DNA of 32,000 nt from Moraxella nasovis (lineage in GTDB: Bacteria > Pseudomonadota > Gammaproteobacteria > Pseudomonadales > Moraxellaceae). Both the position numbers and the translations under genes were made by a program. Shown here piece by piece: positions 17,566-24,992 of the stretch (its first letter is position 1; each line of letters begins with the position of its first letter). The notes below the pieces were generated by a model. It had not been told where the DNA came from. It ran no database searches and worked only from the letters and a program-made list of their open reading frames with translations. The stretch covers positions 1,170,001-1,202,000 of the forward strand of contig NZ_CP089976.1 in assembly GCF_022701215.1 (NCBI RefSeq), read 5' to 3'.

Positions 17566-18348
17566 ATGCAATCAAATTCATTTTGGATCTTTGGTGTACT
17601 AATTTTATTATTAGGTATTTTTGTGCTGGTAAAGCAATTTATGCCAAAAAATAAAGCAGCCATTAGTCAAGATGCCATCCCATATAAGAACGGTGTGCCA
17701 ATTACACCACGCAGTGAGCGTCATAAAGTCAGAGAGCTGGTGGAAGTGAAATCAGATGATGCGTTATCAAATATGGCGGCAGTGGCATCATTTCAGCCTG
17801 TATCAGACCACCCACAAGAATCTGTGATGCATGTAGAGACTGTAGAAGAGTTTGAACAAGATTCGCCAATCTTAGCCAGACATCTTAGTAAGCAGAGTGC
17901 TTTTGAGCAAAATAATGATCCTTTAATGAATGCACAAAGCACAATCACTATCATCATTAGCCCCCGTGATGGCGGTGTCGGCATTTCTGGTCGAAGAATG
18001 CTAGAACTTGCTCACACTTATGGGCTAAAATATGGTGTGATGAATATGTTTCATCGATACAGTAATACAGATGGTACAGGCGATCTATGGTTTAGTGCGA
18101 TGGGTATTACTTATGATGGCGTGCTTGCGTTTGATTTAAATACATTGGCAGATGATCACTTTACAGGATTGGCGTTATTCTTATCTTTGCCACACCCTTA
18201 TGCACTTCGTGGTTATGACAGCATGGTCGGCATCGCTAAAATGATAGCCGATGATGTCAATGCTGATCTATGCAATGAAGAGATGCATCTGATTGATGAC
18301 GCTTATCTTGCCAGACTGCGTGCTGAAGTGGCAAGCTATAACAGCTAA
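17566..18348 (+). CDS. zipA: cell division protein ZipA
   Basis: N-terminal TM anchor FWIFGVLILLLGIFVLV, an acidic/charged linker, and a C-terminal FtsZ-binding domain resembling E. coli ZipA (GVMNMFHRY vs GDMNIYHRH; LWFSAMGI...FD). SD acggag. Confidence 0.8.
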   Translation: MQSNSFWIFGVLILLLGIFVLVKQFMPKNKAAISQDAIPYKNGVPITPRSERHKVRELVEVKSDDALSNMAAVASFQPVSDHPQESVMHVETVEEFEQDSPILARHLSKQSAFEQNNDPLMNAQSTITIIISPRDGGVGISGRRMLELAHTYGLKYGVMNMFHRYSNTDGTGDLWFSAMGITYDGVLAFDLNTLADDHFTGLALFLSLPHPYALRGYDSMVGIAKMIADDVNADLCNEEMHLIDDAYLARLRAEVASYNS

Positions 18349-18361
18349 ATTATCCTGATAT

Positions 18362-18391
18362 AAAAAAGCCTTGTTCGAGCAAGGCTTTTTT
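18362..18391. terminator. bidirectional rho-independent terminator shared by zipA (+) and upp (-)
   Basis: A6, then stem agccttg (18367-18373) / caaggct (18380-18386), then T5+. It lies between convergent genes. Confidence 0.8.
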
Positions 18392-18401
18392 AGTGGAAGT
18401 T

Positions 18402-19052
18402 TTAAGTATTGTGTGCTTTTGTACCAAAAATTTTATCGCCTGCATCGCCAAGCCCCGGAATGATATAGCCATGTTCATTGAGATGGCTGTCTAGGGCGGC
18501 GGTGTAGATTTTCACATCTGGGTGTGCGTCATTAACAAGACGCACGCCTTCTGGGGCGGCGACTAATGCTAGGGCTTTGATGTTTTTGCAACCGTGTTTT
18601 TTGAGCATATCAATGGTGGCAACCATACTACCGCCTGTCGCCAACATGGGGTCTAAGATGAGTGCAGGGCGTTGGTCAATGTCGCTGACAAATTTTTCAA
18701 AAAACGGCACAGGCTCTAAGGTTTCTTCATCACGCTGTAAACCTACCACCGAAATCTTGGCGGTGGGCAATAAATCTAGCACGCCATCTAGCATACCGAT
18801 GCCTGCTCGCAAAATTGGCACTAAGGTTACGGTTTTACCTTTGATTTGTTCGCCTTTTATTTCACCGCACCAACCTTGCATGGTGAAGGTTTCTGTCTCA
18901 AAATCACGGCTTGCTTCGTATGCCATCAGCCTGCCTAGCTCTTTGGTGAGTGTGCGAAATTCATAAGTGTTGCAGTCTGCTTGACGCATGATTGATAATT
19001 TGTGGCGAACCAAAGGGTGGTCTATCACATGGATATGTAGTGGTGTGGTCAT
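18402..19052 (-). CDS. upp: uracil phosphoribosyltransferase
   Basis: 216 aa. HPLV.HKLS.MR, VPILRAG.GM, the PRPP loop [12 protein letters not shown], and [16 protein letters not shown] are canonical Upp. Confidence 0.95.
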   Translation of the reverse strand: MTTPLHIHVIDHPLVRHKLSIMRQADCNTYEFRTLTKELGRLMAYEASRDFETETFTMQGWCGEIKGEQIKGKTVTLVPILRAGIGMLDGVLDLLPTAKISVVGLQRDEETLEPVPFFEKFVSDIDQRPALILDPMLATGGSMVATIDMLKKHGCKNIKALALVAAPEGVRLVNDAHPDVKIYTAALDSHLNEHGYIIPGLGDAGDKIFGTKAHNT

Positions 19053-19082
19053 GAGTTACTCGTTGGCTAGTTATTAAGGTTA

Positions 19083-19108
19083 TGTTGATTTGTGTTGATG
19101 AGTGTTGA
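19083..19108 (-). repeat. three TGTTGA (TCAACA on the coding strand) copies at an exact 10-nt period in the upp leader
   Basis: tgttga at 19083-19088, 19093-19098 and 19103-19108, which is 31-56 nt upstream of the upp ATG. Confidence 0.9.
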
Positions 19109-19123
19109 GTGATTTGCCGTCAT

Positions 19124-19152
19124 TTAATATGCCAATATCAACCCATCATCAA
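19124..19152 (-). promoter_or_regulatory. putative sigma70 promoter for upp
   Basis: On the minus strand: -35 TTGATG (19152-19147), 17-nt spacer, -10 TATTAA (19129-19124). Confidence 0.4.
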
Positions 19153-19167
19153 AGATAAGGCTTGATG

Positions 19168-20526
19168 TCAGTCGGTATTTTTTTTGGGTCGCACCCAATC
19201 ATCAATCGCCACTTGTCGCCCACGAGCAATGACGAGCGTGTCATCTTGGCAGTCTTTGGTAATTACACTACCGCCACCCACCGTTACTCTATCGCCAATG
19301 ACAACAGGGGCGATGAGCACCGCATTTGAGCCGACACGCACTTCATCGCCAATCACAGTTTTGTATTTATTCACGCCATCATAATTGGCGGTAATCGTGC
19401 CTGCACCGATGTTGGTTTTTTGACCGATGGTCGCATCGCCCAAATACGCCAAATGATTGGCTTTGGCTCCTTGTGCCATTTGCGTGTTTTTGAGTTCAAC
19501 AAAATTGCCGATATGCACGCCATCTGCTGTGATTGCCTGTGGTCGCAAGCGAGCAAAAGGTCCAATTTGGTTGTGTTCGCCCACCGAAGCATGATCAAAT
19601 AAGCTGTATGGCAAAATGATGGTATTGCTGGCAATTTCGCTGTTTTTGATGATACAGCCTGCTCCGATGATGACGTTGTCGCCAATCTTGCAGTCGCCTT
19701 CAAAAATCACGTTGATGTCAATCTGTACGTCTCGTCCGACTTTTAAATCCCCCCGCAACTCAAAACGGCTTGGGTCTATGATGTGTACGCCATTTTTCAT
19801 CAGAATTTCGGCTTGATGACGTTGCCAAGTGCGTTCTAGATTGGCAAGTTGAATGCGGTCGTTCACCCCTTCAATCTCAAAGGCAAAAGCAGGCGAGACG
19901 GTGGCAATATCAATGCCATCATCAACCGCCATCTTCACAATGTCGGTCAAATAATATTCGCCTTGGGCGTTGTTATTGGTGAGATTGTTTAGGTATTTGT
20001 GCAAAATTTCATTGGCAACGCAGTATATACCGCTGTTGATTTCTGTGAGCTGTTTTTGTGCGTCGGTTGCGTCTTTTTCTTCAACGATGGCGATGATTTT
20101 GCCGTCTTTACGGATAATGCGTCCAAGTCCAAATGGATTGGTCATCTGCATGGTGAGCATGGCAAATGGGGCGTTGCTATCTACCAGTTTTTGGAGTGTG
20201 TCCGCCCCAATCAAAGGCACATCGCCTGATAGTATTAGGCTTTTACCGTCTTTTGGTAGGTGGGGCAATGCCATCTGTACTGCATGACCTGTGCCAAGTT
20301 GCTCGGTTTGTTCTACCCATTCAATCGGCTCATCGGCGAAGGCATCTTTGACTTTTTGACCTTCAAAGCCATAGATGACGATGTTTTTTTGGCTGTTGAT
20401 TTTTTGGGCGGTCATCAAAACGTGTGCCAACAATGGCTTACCTGCCAAAGGTTGTAAGACTTTGGGTTTGGTTGATTTCATGCGTGTGCCTTTGCCAGCT
20501 GCCATGATGATGACGTTTAATGACAT
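19168..20526 (-). CDS. glmU: bifunctional UDP-N-acetylglucosamine pyrophosphorylase / glucosamine-1-phosphate N-acetyltransferase
   Basis: 452 aa. N-terminal [24 protein letters not shown], and C-terminal left-handed beta-helix hexapeptide repeats. Canonical GlmU. Confidence 0.95.
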   Translation of the reverse strand: MSLNVIIMAAGKGTRMKSTKPKVLQPLAGKPLLAHVLMTAQKINSQKNIVIYGFEGQKVKDAFADEPIEWVEQTEQLGTGHAVQMALPHLPKDGKSLILSGDVPLIGADTLQKLVDSNAPFAMLTMQMTNPFGLGRIIRKDGKIIAIVEEKDATDAQKQLTEINSGIYCVANEILHKYLNNLTNNNAQGEYYLTDIVKMAVDDGIDIATVSPAFAFEIEGVNDRIQLANLERTWQRHQAEILMKNGVHIIDPSRFELRGDLKVGRDVQIDINVIFEGDCKIGDNVIIGAGCIIKNSEIASNTIILPYSLFDHASVGEHNQIGPFARLRPQAITADGVHIGNFVELKNTQMAQGAKANHLAYLGDATIGQKTNIGAGTITANYDGVNKYKTVIGDEVRVGSNAVLIAPVVIGDRVTVGGGSVITKDCQDDTLVIARGRQVAIDDWVRPKKNTD

Positions 20527-20618
20527 ACTTTTTCCTAAGATTTTTAATTGTTTGATGTTGTTTTATTTTAACATATAATACCGATGAGATTAAATTGATT
20601 TTATGAAGGATTGGTGTG

Positions 20619-20777
20619 ATGAAAATTGCCATCATTGGGTTTAGTGGGTCTGGTAAGTCTACCTTGGCAAAATATTTGGCAAAGGTCTATGGGCTGTCTG
20701 TTTTGCATTTAGATGCCGTGCATTGGCTACCTAATTGGCAGGAGCGACCACTTCATGATAAGCAGTGTGTGCCATAG
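20619..20777 (+). pseudogene. N-terminal remnant (52 codons) of a P-loop NTPase/kinase of the topology-modulation (FlaR)/adenylate-kinase-like family
   Basis: SD aagga (20606-20610). MKIAIIGFSGSGKSTLAKYLAKVYGLSVLHLDAVHWLPNWQERP carries a Walker A motif and the N-terminal pattern of roughly 170-aa family members, but runs into TAG at 20775-20777. No continuation is seen in any frame immediately downstream. Confidence 0.6.
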
Positions 20778-20925
20778 ATTTTCATGCCGCTTTTACTGAA
20801 TTTATTATTACACAGGCAACTTGGGTAAAGGACTTCTAATTTGTGTCTTTATAATTGCCAGATACCAATTTTATTCAAATTGTCTTTTGGTTTTGTTATA
20901 GCATACTTTTTAGACCGTCTTATTT

Positions 20926-21720
20926 TTAATCAAGCACCACTTCAAAAATATTAGGATAAAGTTTGCCTGTGATATAAAAGCGGTTGTCCTTGATGTGGGC
21001 AATGCCGTTTAATACGTCCATGTGTTGGCGTTGTGCTTTGGTGAATGTGGTATTTAGTAGCTGTGTGGCATCATAAAGCTTCACCACATCGCCTGTGGCA
21101 GGGTCAATTTTGATGATGAAATTGCTTTGCCAAACATTGGCATAAATAAAGCCGTTGGCAAATTCTAGCTCATTGATGAGATGAACAGCCTTGTTTTGAT
21201 AACGAATGGGCAGATTGCCGATGAGCTTAAACGTTTTGGCATCTCTTAATTGTATGACATCTGTGCCATCAGACATATAAAGGATGTCTTGGTCTTTGTA
21301 ATATGCCAAACCCCAACCTTCGCTGTCATAGTGTGCCTTGGCGATGATGTGAAAATCCTGAGCATCTCTTAAAAAAGCGGTATGCTCTTTCCACGTCAGT
21401 TGCCAAATGCCATACGGCGTAACGCTCGCCCCTTCGCCAAAATACTGCTTGGGCAGATGTGCTTTGATGGTGTATTTGCCAGTACGCAGGTTAAATACGC
21501 CAATGCTAGATTTGCCATACCGCCCTGTCGCCAAGAGTAGGCGGTCATCGTCTAGGCGTTCTAAGCCTTGGGTGAAAGCGGTATTATCACTGGCGTATTG
21601 TTTGATGAGTGTGATGTTATGTTGGGCATAAGCTGTACCAACTGACAAACCAAATACTAAGGCGGCGATGGATAAAAAACGAGTAATCATGATTGAGTCA
21701 TTCATAAAATAATCTACCAT
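20926..21720 (-). CDS. glutaminyl-peptide cyclotransferase (plant/bacterial beta-propeller type glutamine cyclotransferase), secreted
   Basis: AFTQGLE, YFGEGASV, QLTWKE, EGWGLAY, LYMSDGT, LNELEF.NG.IYANVW, IDP.TG.V and DVLNGIA...FYITGK match the Xanthomonas/papaya-type QC pattern. Signal peptide ...FLSIAALVFGLSVGTAYA. The start is ambiguous (ATG at 21720, 21705 or 21690; none has a clear SD). Confidence 0.85.
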   Translation of the reverse strand: MVDYFMNDSIMITRFLSIAALVFGLSVGTAYAQHNITLIKQYASDNTAFTQGLERLDDDRLLLATGRYGKSSIGVFNLRTGKYTIKAHLPKQYFGEGASVTPYGIWQLTWKEHTAFLRDAQDFHIIAKAHYDSEGWGLAYYKDQDILYMSDGTDVIQLRDAKTFKLIGNLPIRYQNKAVHLINELEFANGFIYANVWQSNFIIKIDPATGDVVKLYDATQLLNTTFTKAQRQHMDVLNGIAHIKDNRFYITGKLYPNIFEVVLD

Positions 21721-21780
21721 ATCATAGCGGATTTGGTAGATTTTTGTTTCGATTTTTTAAATTATTTGTTGGTATTGTTG

Positions 21781-21873
21781 ATGAATGATGGGTTTAATGC
21801 CTACCCCCAGACCCGATGGGTGATTTTGACCAATCAAATCCAAAAGCGTTATCACGATAAAGTGGTCATCTAA
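21781..21873 (+). pseudogene. possible C-terminal remnant of the same P-loop kinase gene
   Basis: The 30-codon ORF ...DGFNAYPQTRWVILTNQIQKRYHDKVVI* resembles, from memory, the C-terminal tail of FlaR-like kinases (..W.YP.T.R..IL..L......K.III.). It has the same orientation as the N-terminal remnant. Weak and unverified. Confidence 0.35.
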
Positions 21874-21947
21874 ATAGCCAACAACAAATTGATGAATTTA
21901 TCCAATCACTAAGATGATGATAATCATCAAGCATAGGGCGATTGCTG

Positions 21948-21956
21948 TGCTACAAT
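21948..21956 (+). promoter_or_regulatory. putative extended -10 element (TGcTACAAT) upstream of the permease gene
   Basis: TG at 21948-21949 and TACAAT at 21951-21956. Weak -35. About 95 nt upstream of the ATG at 22050. Confidence 0.4.
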
Positions 21957-21964
21957 AGTCATGT

Positions 21965-21990
21965 TTTCAATTCATGCTTTCAATTCATGC
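21965..21990 (+). repeat. tandem 13-nt direct repeat tttcaattcatgc x2 (plus a partial third)
   Basis: Copies at 21965-21977 and 21978-21990 are identical. Confidence 0.95.
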
Positions 21991-21997
21991 TTTAAAT

Positions 21998-22029
21998 CAA
22001 CACGTTAATTGGAAGCAACACGTTAATTG
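21998..22029 (+). repeat. 14-nt direct repeat caacacgttaattg x2 with an 18-nt period
   Basis: Copies at 21998-22011 and 22016-22029 are identical, 20 nt upstream of the permease ATG. Confidence 0.95.
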
Positions 22030-22049
22030 ACGCTTTTTTATCTATCACC

Positions 22050-23702
22050 ATGCCAAATACCCCCAATACCCCAAACACCCCAGAGTACGCCCACAGCCGA
22101 GTGCCGAATGACAAGCTGATGGGCGGTGGTCATTTTGCCGCCAGTTATGGTGCTGAACACGTGGCAGGTGGGGAGTTTGTCGTGGGGGCAGCGTTTGCAA
22201 CGTGGGGTGCTTCACCATCTGCGGTATTGGGCGGACTGCTGATTGGCAATGCCTTGGCGGTGCTAAGTTGGGCGTGGGTATGTGCCCCTGTGGCGGTTAA
22301 GGCTAGGCTTACGCTTTATGAATATTTGGCACGCATGATGGGCGATGGTTTTGTCCGCACATTTAATCTACTAAGTGGGCTGATTTTTGCGGTGATTGCA
22401 GGTGGTATGCTGACCATTGCCGCTCAGGCAGTGCAGGGCTTATTTGATACCACAAGGCAGGTCTTGTGGTATCCGACCAGTGTGGGCTTTGTGGTGTGGG
22501 TAGCGGTGTTTGGGGTGATGGCGGTATGGCTTACTCTAAAAGGATTTTTGGGTTTGACTCGCTTTGCCAAATATGTGTCGCCTTATCTTTTGACGGTGTT
22601 TTTGGTGTGTATTGTGGCAAGTGTGCCGTTTTTGTGGCAGGCTGGACAAGCACAAGGCATACGATTTATTGATATTTTTAGCCATTACATCTGGACAGGG
22701 CAGGTGGCTTATGGCGGTCATGACAAAGAGCCGTTTGGCATTTGGCACATCGCCGTCTTTGCTTGGGGGCTAAATTTGCCCTTGCATTTGGGCATGGGCG
22801 ACATGAGTACGCTTAGATTTGCCAAAAAGTGGCAATATGGCTATTATTCGGTATTTGCGACTTTTGGTGGGCATTTTGTGGCATGGATTGGTGCAGGTAT
22901 GCTTGGGGTGGTGAGTGCCATGTTGGTCGGCAGTCAGGTTGGAAAACTAGACATTGGTGGGGTGGTTGTACCAATGCTTGGCGTGGCAGGCGTGCTGGCG
23001 GTTGTGTTTGCGTCTTTGACGACCGCTGTACCCAGTCTGTACCGAGCAGGTCTTGCTTTTGATGGGGTATTTGGCGATTTTGGTTTTCGCCGTGCAGTCA
23101 TTTGGGTGGGGGTGGTCATCACGGTGGTGGCGACTTTTCCTTTGATTTTTCTGAAATGGCTAGATTTGATGGCGTATTTTAACATCATCATGGCACCTGT
23201 GGGGGCGATGATTGCCTGTGAGCATTTTATCTTGCCCCATTTGGGCATACGTCCGTTTTGGCAGACGACAGGTAACAAAACGGCGGTCGTCTCATGGGCG
23301 ATGGGTGTGATTTTGGCATTAGGGTTGGTGATGGGTGGTGTGCATTTGTTTTTTGTATTTGTGCCTGTGTGGGCGGTGTGCTTTATTGTGTATGGCGTGG
23401 GTGCATGGCTTGAAAATGCCCATCATCGGCTACCCCTATCAGCACAGACACTATACCAAATGAGCTATGGGGCAGATGATGGGGTGGATAATGATTTATG
23501 CTCCACCACCCAAATGACCAAACACCCTGATAAAACTTTGTGGCTTAGAGTGCTGATTTTATTTATGATGGTGCTGTGGTGCATGGTTTTGTATGTTGGT
23601 GTGGCTCATCATCAGCTGTTGATATTTCAGCAGGGGCTTTTTGTGTTGACGGTGTTGTATTTGTGTGTGGCAGGTTGGCAATTAAGACTTGCTACGCCTT
23701 GA
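22050..23702 (+). CDS. NCS1/purine-cytosine permease-like transporter with a C-terminal extension
   Basis: 550 aa and polytopic. The N-terminal third parallels the CodB pattern (..VP...K....H.......G..LIGN.L......W........K..LT.Y..LAR). There are 2-3 extra TM segments at the C-terminus and no clear SD. The substrate cannot be assigned. Confidence 0.65.
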   Translation: MPNTPNTPNTPEYAHSRVPNDKLMGGGHFAASYGAEHVAGGEFVVGAAFATWGASPSAVLGGLLIGNALAVLSWAWVCAPVAVKARLTLYEYLARMMGDGFVRTFNLLSGLIFAVIAGGMLTIAAQAVQGLFDTTRQVLWYPTSVGFVVWVAVFGVMAVWLTLKGFLGLTRFAKYVSPYLLTVFLVCIVASVPFLWQAGQAQGIRFIDIFSHYIWTGQVAYGGHDKEPFGIWHIAVFAWGLNLPLHLGMGDMSTLRFAKKWQYGYYSVFATFGGHFVAWIGAGMLGVVSAMLVGSQVGKLDIGGVVVPMLGVAGVLAVVFASLTTAVPSLYRAGLAFDGVFGDFGFRRAVIWVGVVITVVATFPLIFLKWLDLMAYFNIIMAPVGAMIACEHFILPHLGIRPFWQTTGNKTAVVSWAMGVILALGLVMGGVHLFFVFVPVWAVCFIVYGVGAWLENAHHRLPLSAQTLYQMSYGADDGVDNDLCSTTQMTKHPDKTLWLRVLILFMMVLWCMVLYVGVAHHQLLIFQQGLFVLTVLYLCVAGWQLRLATP

Positions 23703-23739
23703 CGGTGTGGCTAATTGGCTCAATAATCGTGGCTAATAT

Positions 23740-24342
23740 TCATGTCAAAACATAAAACGACACATAAACAAAAGCCCACCCCAAGATGATGACAAGCACC
23801 GACATCAGTCCTGCCAAGACATCATCAATCAATATGCCAAATCCGCCAGAGACATTGTTATCCACCCACTTGATTGGAAATGGCTTTACAATATCAAAAA
23901 ATCGAAACAGCACAAAGGGAATGATGAGTAAGAAAATCACACTTGGGTGAATGTATTGCCAAAATGGGCTAAAAGTTGGATTATAAATTATATCTTGTAC
24001 CAGCCACGCTGTCGGCAAAAGGGCAATCCACACGCCCACCCATTCATCAAAGACGATGTGTGGGTCGTCATGGGTATTCATTAAAGCAGACGTTTTGCCA
24101 CAAATATAACTACCGACCAAAAAGCCGACAATCGTAATCGCCAAAAACCCCCAAAATCCCAACGCAAACATCGGCAAAGCAACAAGCAGACCGCCCACCG
24201 TTCCCCATGTACCGGGGGCTTTTTTGGGCAGACCTGACCCAAGTCCAATGCCAAGCCAGTACACGCATTTTTCAAAGGCGGTGGCGGTGGGCGGACAGGG
24301 CGGACAAGGGTTTGATTTGGTGATGTCGGGTTTGTGGTTCAT
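23740..24342 (-). CDS. pgpA: phosphatidylglycerophosphatase A
   Basis: LGIGLGSGL.PKAPGTWGT and FDEWVG....LL, then DI.KPFPI.W.D....GGFGI..DD..AG are PgpA signatures. It lies downstream of thiL, as in many gammaproteobacteria. There is an N-terminal extension with a CPPCPP motif. Confidence 0.85.
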   Translation of the reverse strand: MNHKPDITKSNPCPPCPPTATAFEKCVYWLGIGLGSGLPKKAPGTWGTVGGLLVALPMFALGFWGFLAITIVGFLVGSYICGKTSALMNTHDDPHIVFDEWVGVWIALLPTAWLVQDIIYNPTFSPFWQYIHPSVIFLLIIPFVLFRFFDIVKPFPIKWVDNNVSGGFGILIDDVLAGLMSVLVIILGWAFVYVSFYVLT

Positions 24343-24345
24343 AGC

Positions 24346-24963
24346 TTAGTACCCATTATTTTGTAATCTTTGTTCTGCTTTATCTATTTCATAGGCATGT
24401 TCAAAATTTCTTGTGCAAGTTAGATATGGTCTATATTTCTTGTTAATTTTTTTTGATGTTCCATTACTGTAATAGATTTCATCATAATCAACCAATCTAT
24501 TGTGATAAATCATTTCTCCACCACATATAGGACAAGGGTTGGCAATAATTTTTTCCACAGCAATTACTTTGCCAAATCCATTTATTGCATAACCTTTCAG
24601 CCAAGTTGGTAAACGGATTTGTTTTTCAGCAATATTTTTCAACCACGCCAAAAATAAGAAAAAAGGAATAAAAATTAGCACTGGAATAAAAATATAGTAG
24701 CCAATACCAGTTTTATAAATACTTTCAAAAATCAGGGCAATGATTGATAGTATCGCTAATATTGATGAAGGCACACTCAGCCAAGTTAGAGTAGCAAGAG
24801 TAAAGGGACTTCTCCATAAAGGCTGGGCATCATACGTTGCTTCGAATTTTGGCTCACTATTATCCTTGATATAATAATAGCTGTTATTGGTGCTATTATC
24901 TGTGTTGTTTATTATGGTTTTGTCATTAAAAACTGCCCCACGATAATCATTTTTTTGCTCCAC
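24346..24963 (-). CDS. orphan membrane protein: Asn-rich N-terminus, 2 TM helices, C-terminal zinc-ribbon-like domain (CPICGG...C.....H); family not recognised
   Basis: The open frame runs 24346-25008 with no in-frame ATG near its 5' end. The best start is GTG 24963, preceded by GGAG (24973-24970) with a 6-nt spacer. TTG 25008 would overlap thiL by 16 nt. The stop lies 3 nt before the pgpA ATG. The gene is very AT-rich relative to its neighbours. Confidence 0.6.
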   Translation of the reverse strand: MEQKNDYRGAVFNDKTIINNTDNSTNNSYYYIKDNSEPKFEATYDAQPLWRSPFTLATLTWLSVPSSILAILSIIALIFESIYKTGIGYYIFIPVLIFIPFFLFLAWLKNIAEKQIRLPTWLKGYAINGFGKVIAVEKIIANPCPICGGEMIYHNRLVDYDEIYYSNGTSKKINKKYRPYLTCTRNFEHAYEIDKAEQRLQNNGY

Positions 24964-24992
24964 TATTAACTCCAATCGATAATCTTTAAAAA

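Noticed and set aside
19184-20457. Cluster of 60-110 aa ORFs on both strands inside glmU
   Set aside because: All overlap the full-length canonical glmU frame. The hexapeptide-repeat region generates open alternative frames.
22002-22012. 11-mer acgttaattgg shared between the permease leader and the reverse strand at 28121-28131 (hisF start region)
   Set aside because: A single 11-nt match between two sites in 32 kb read on both strands is expected many times over by chance, so it is no evidence for a common operator.
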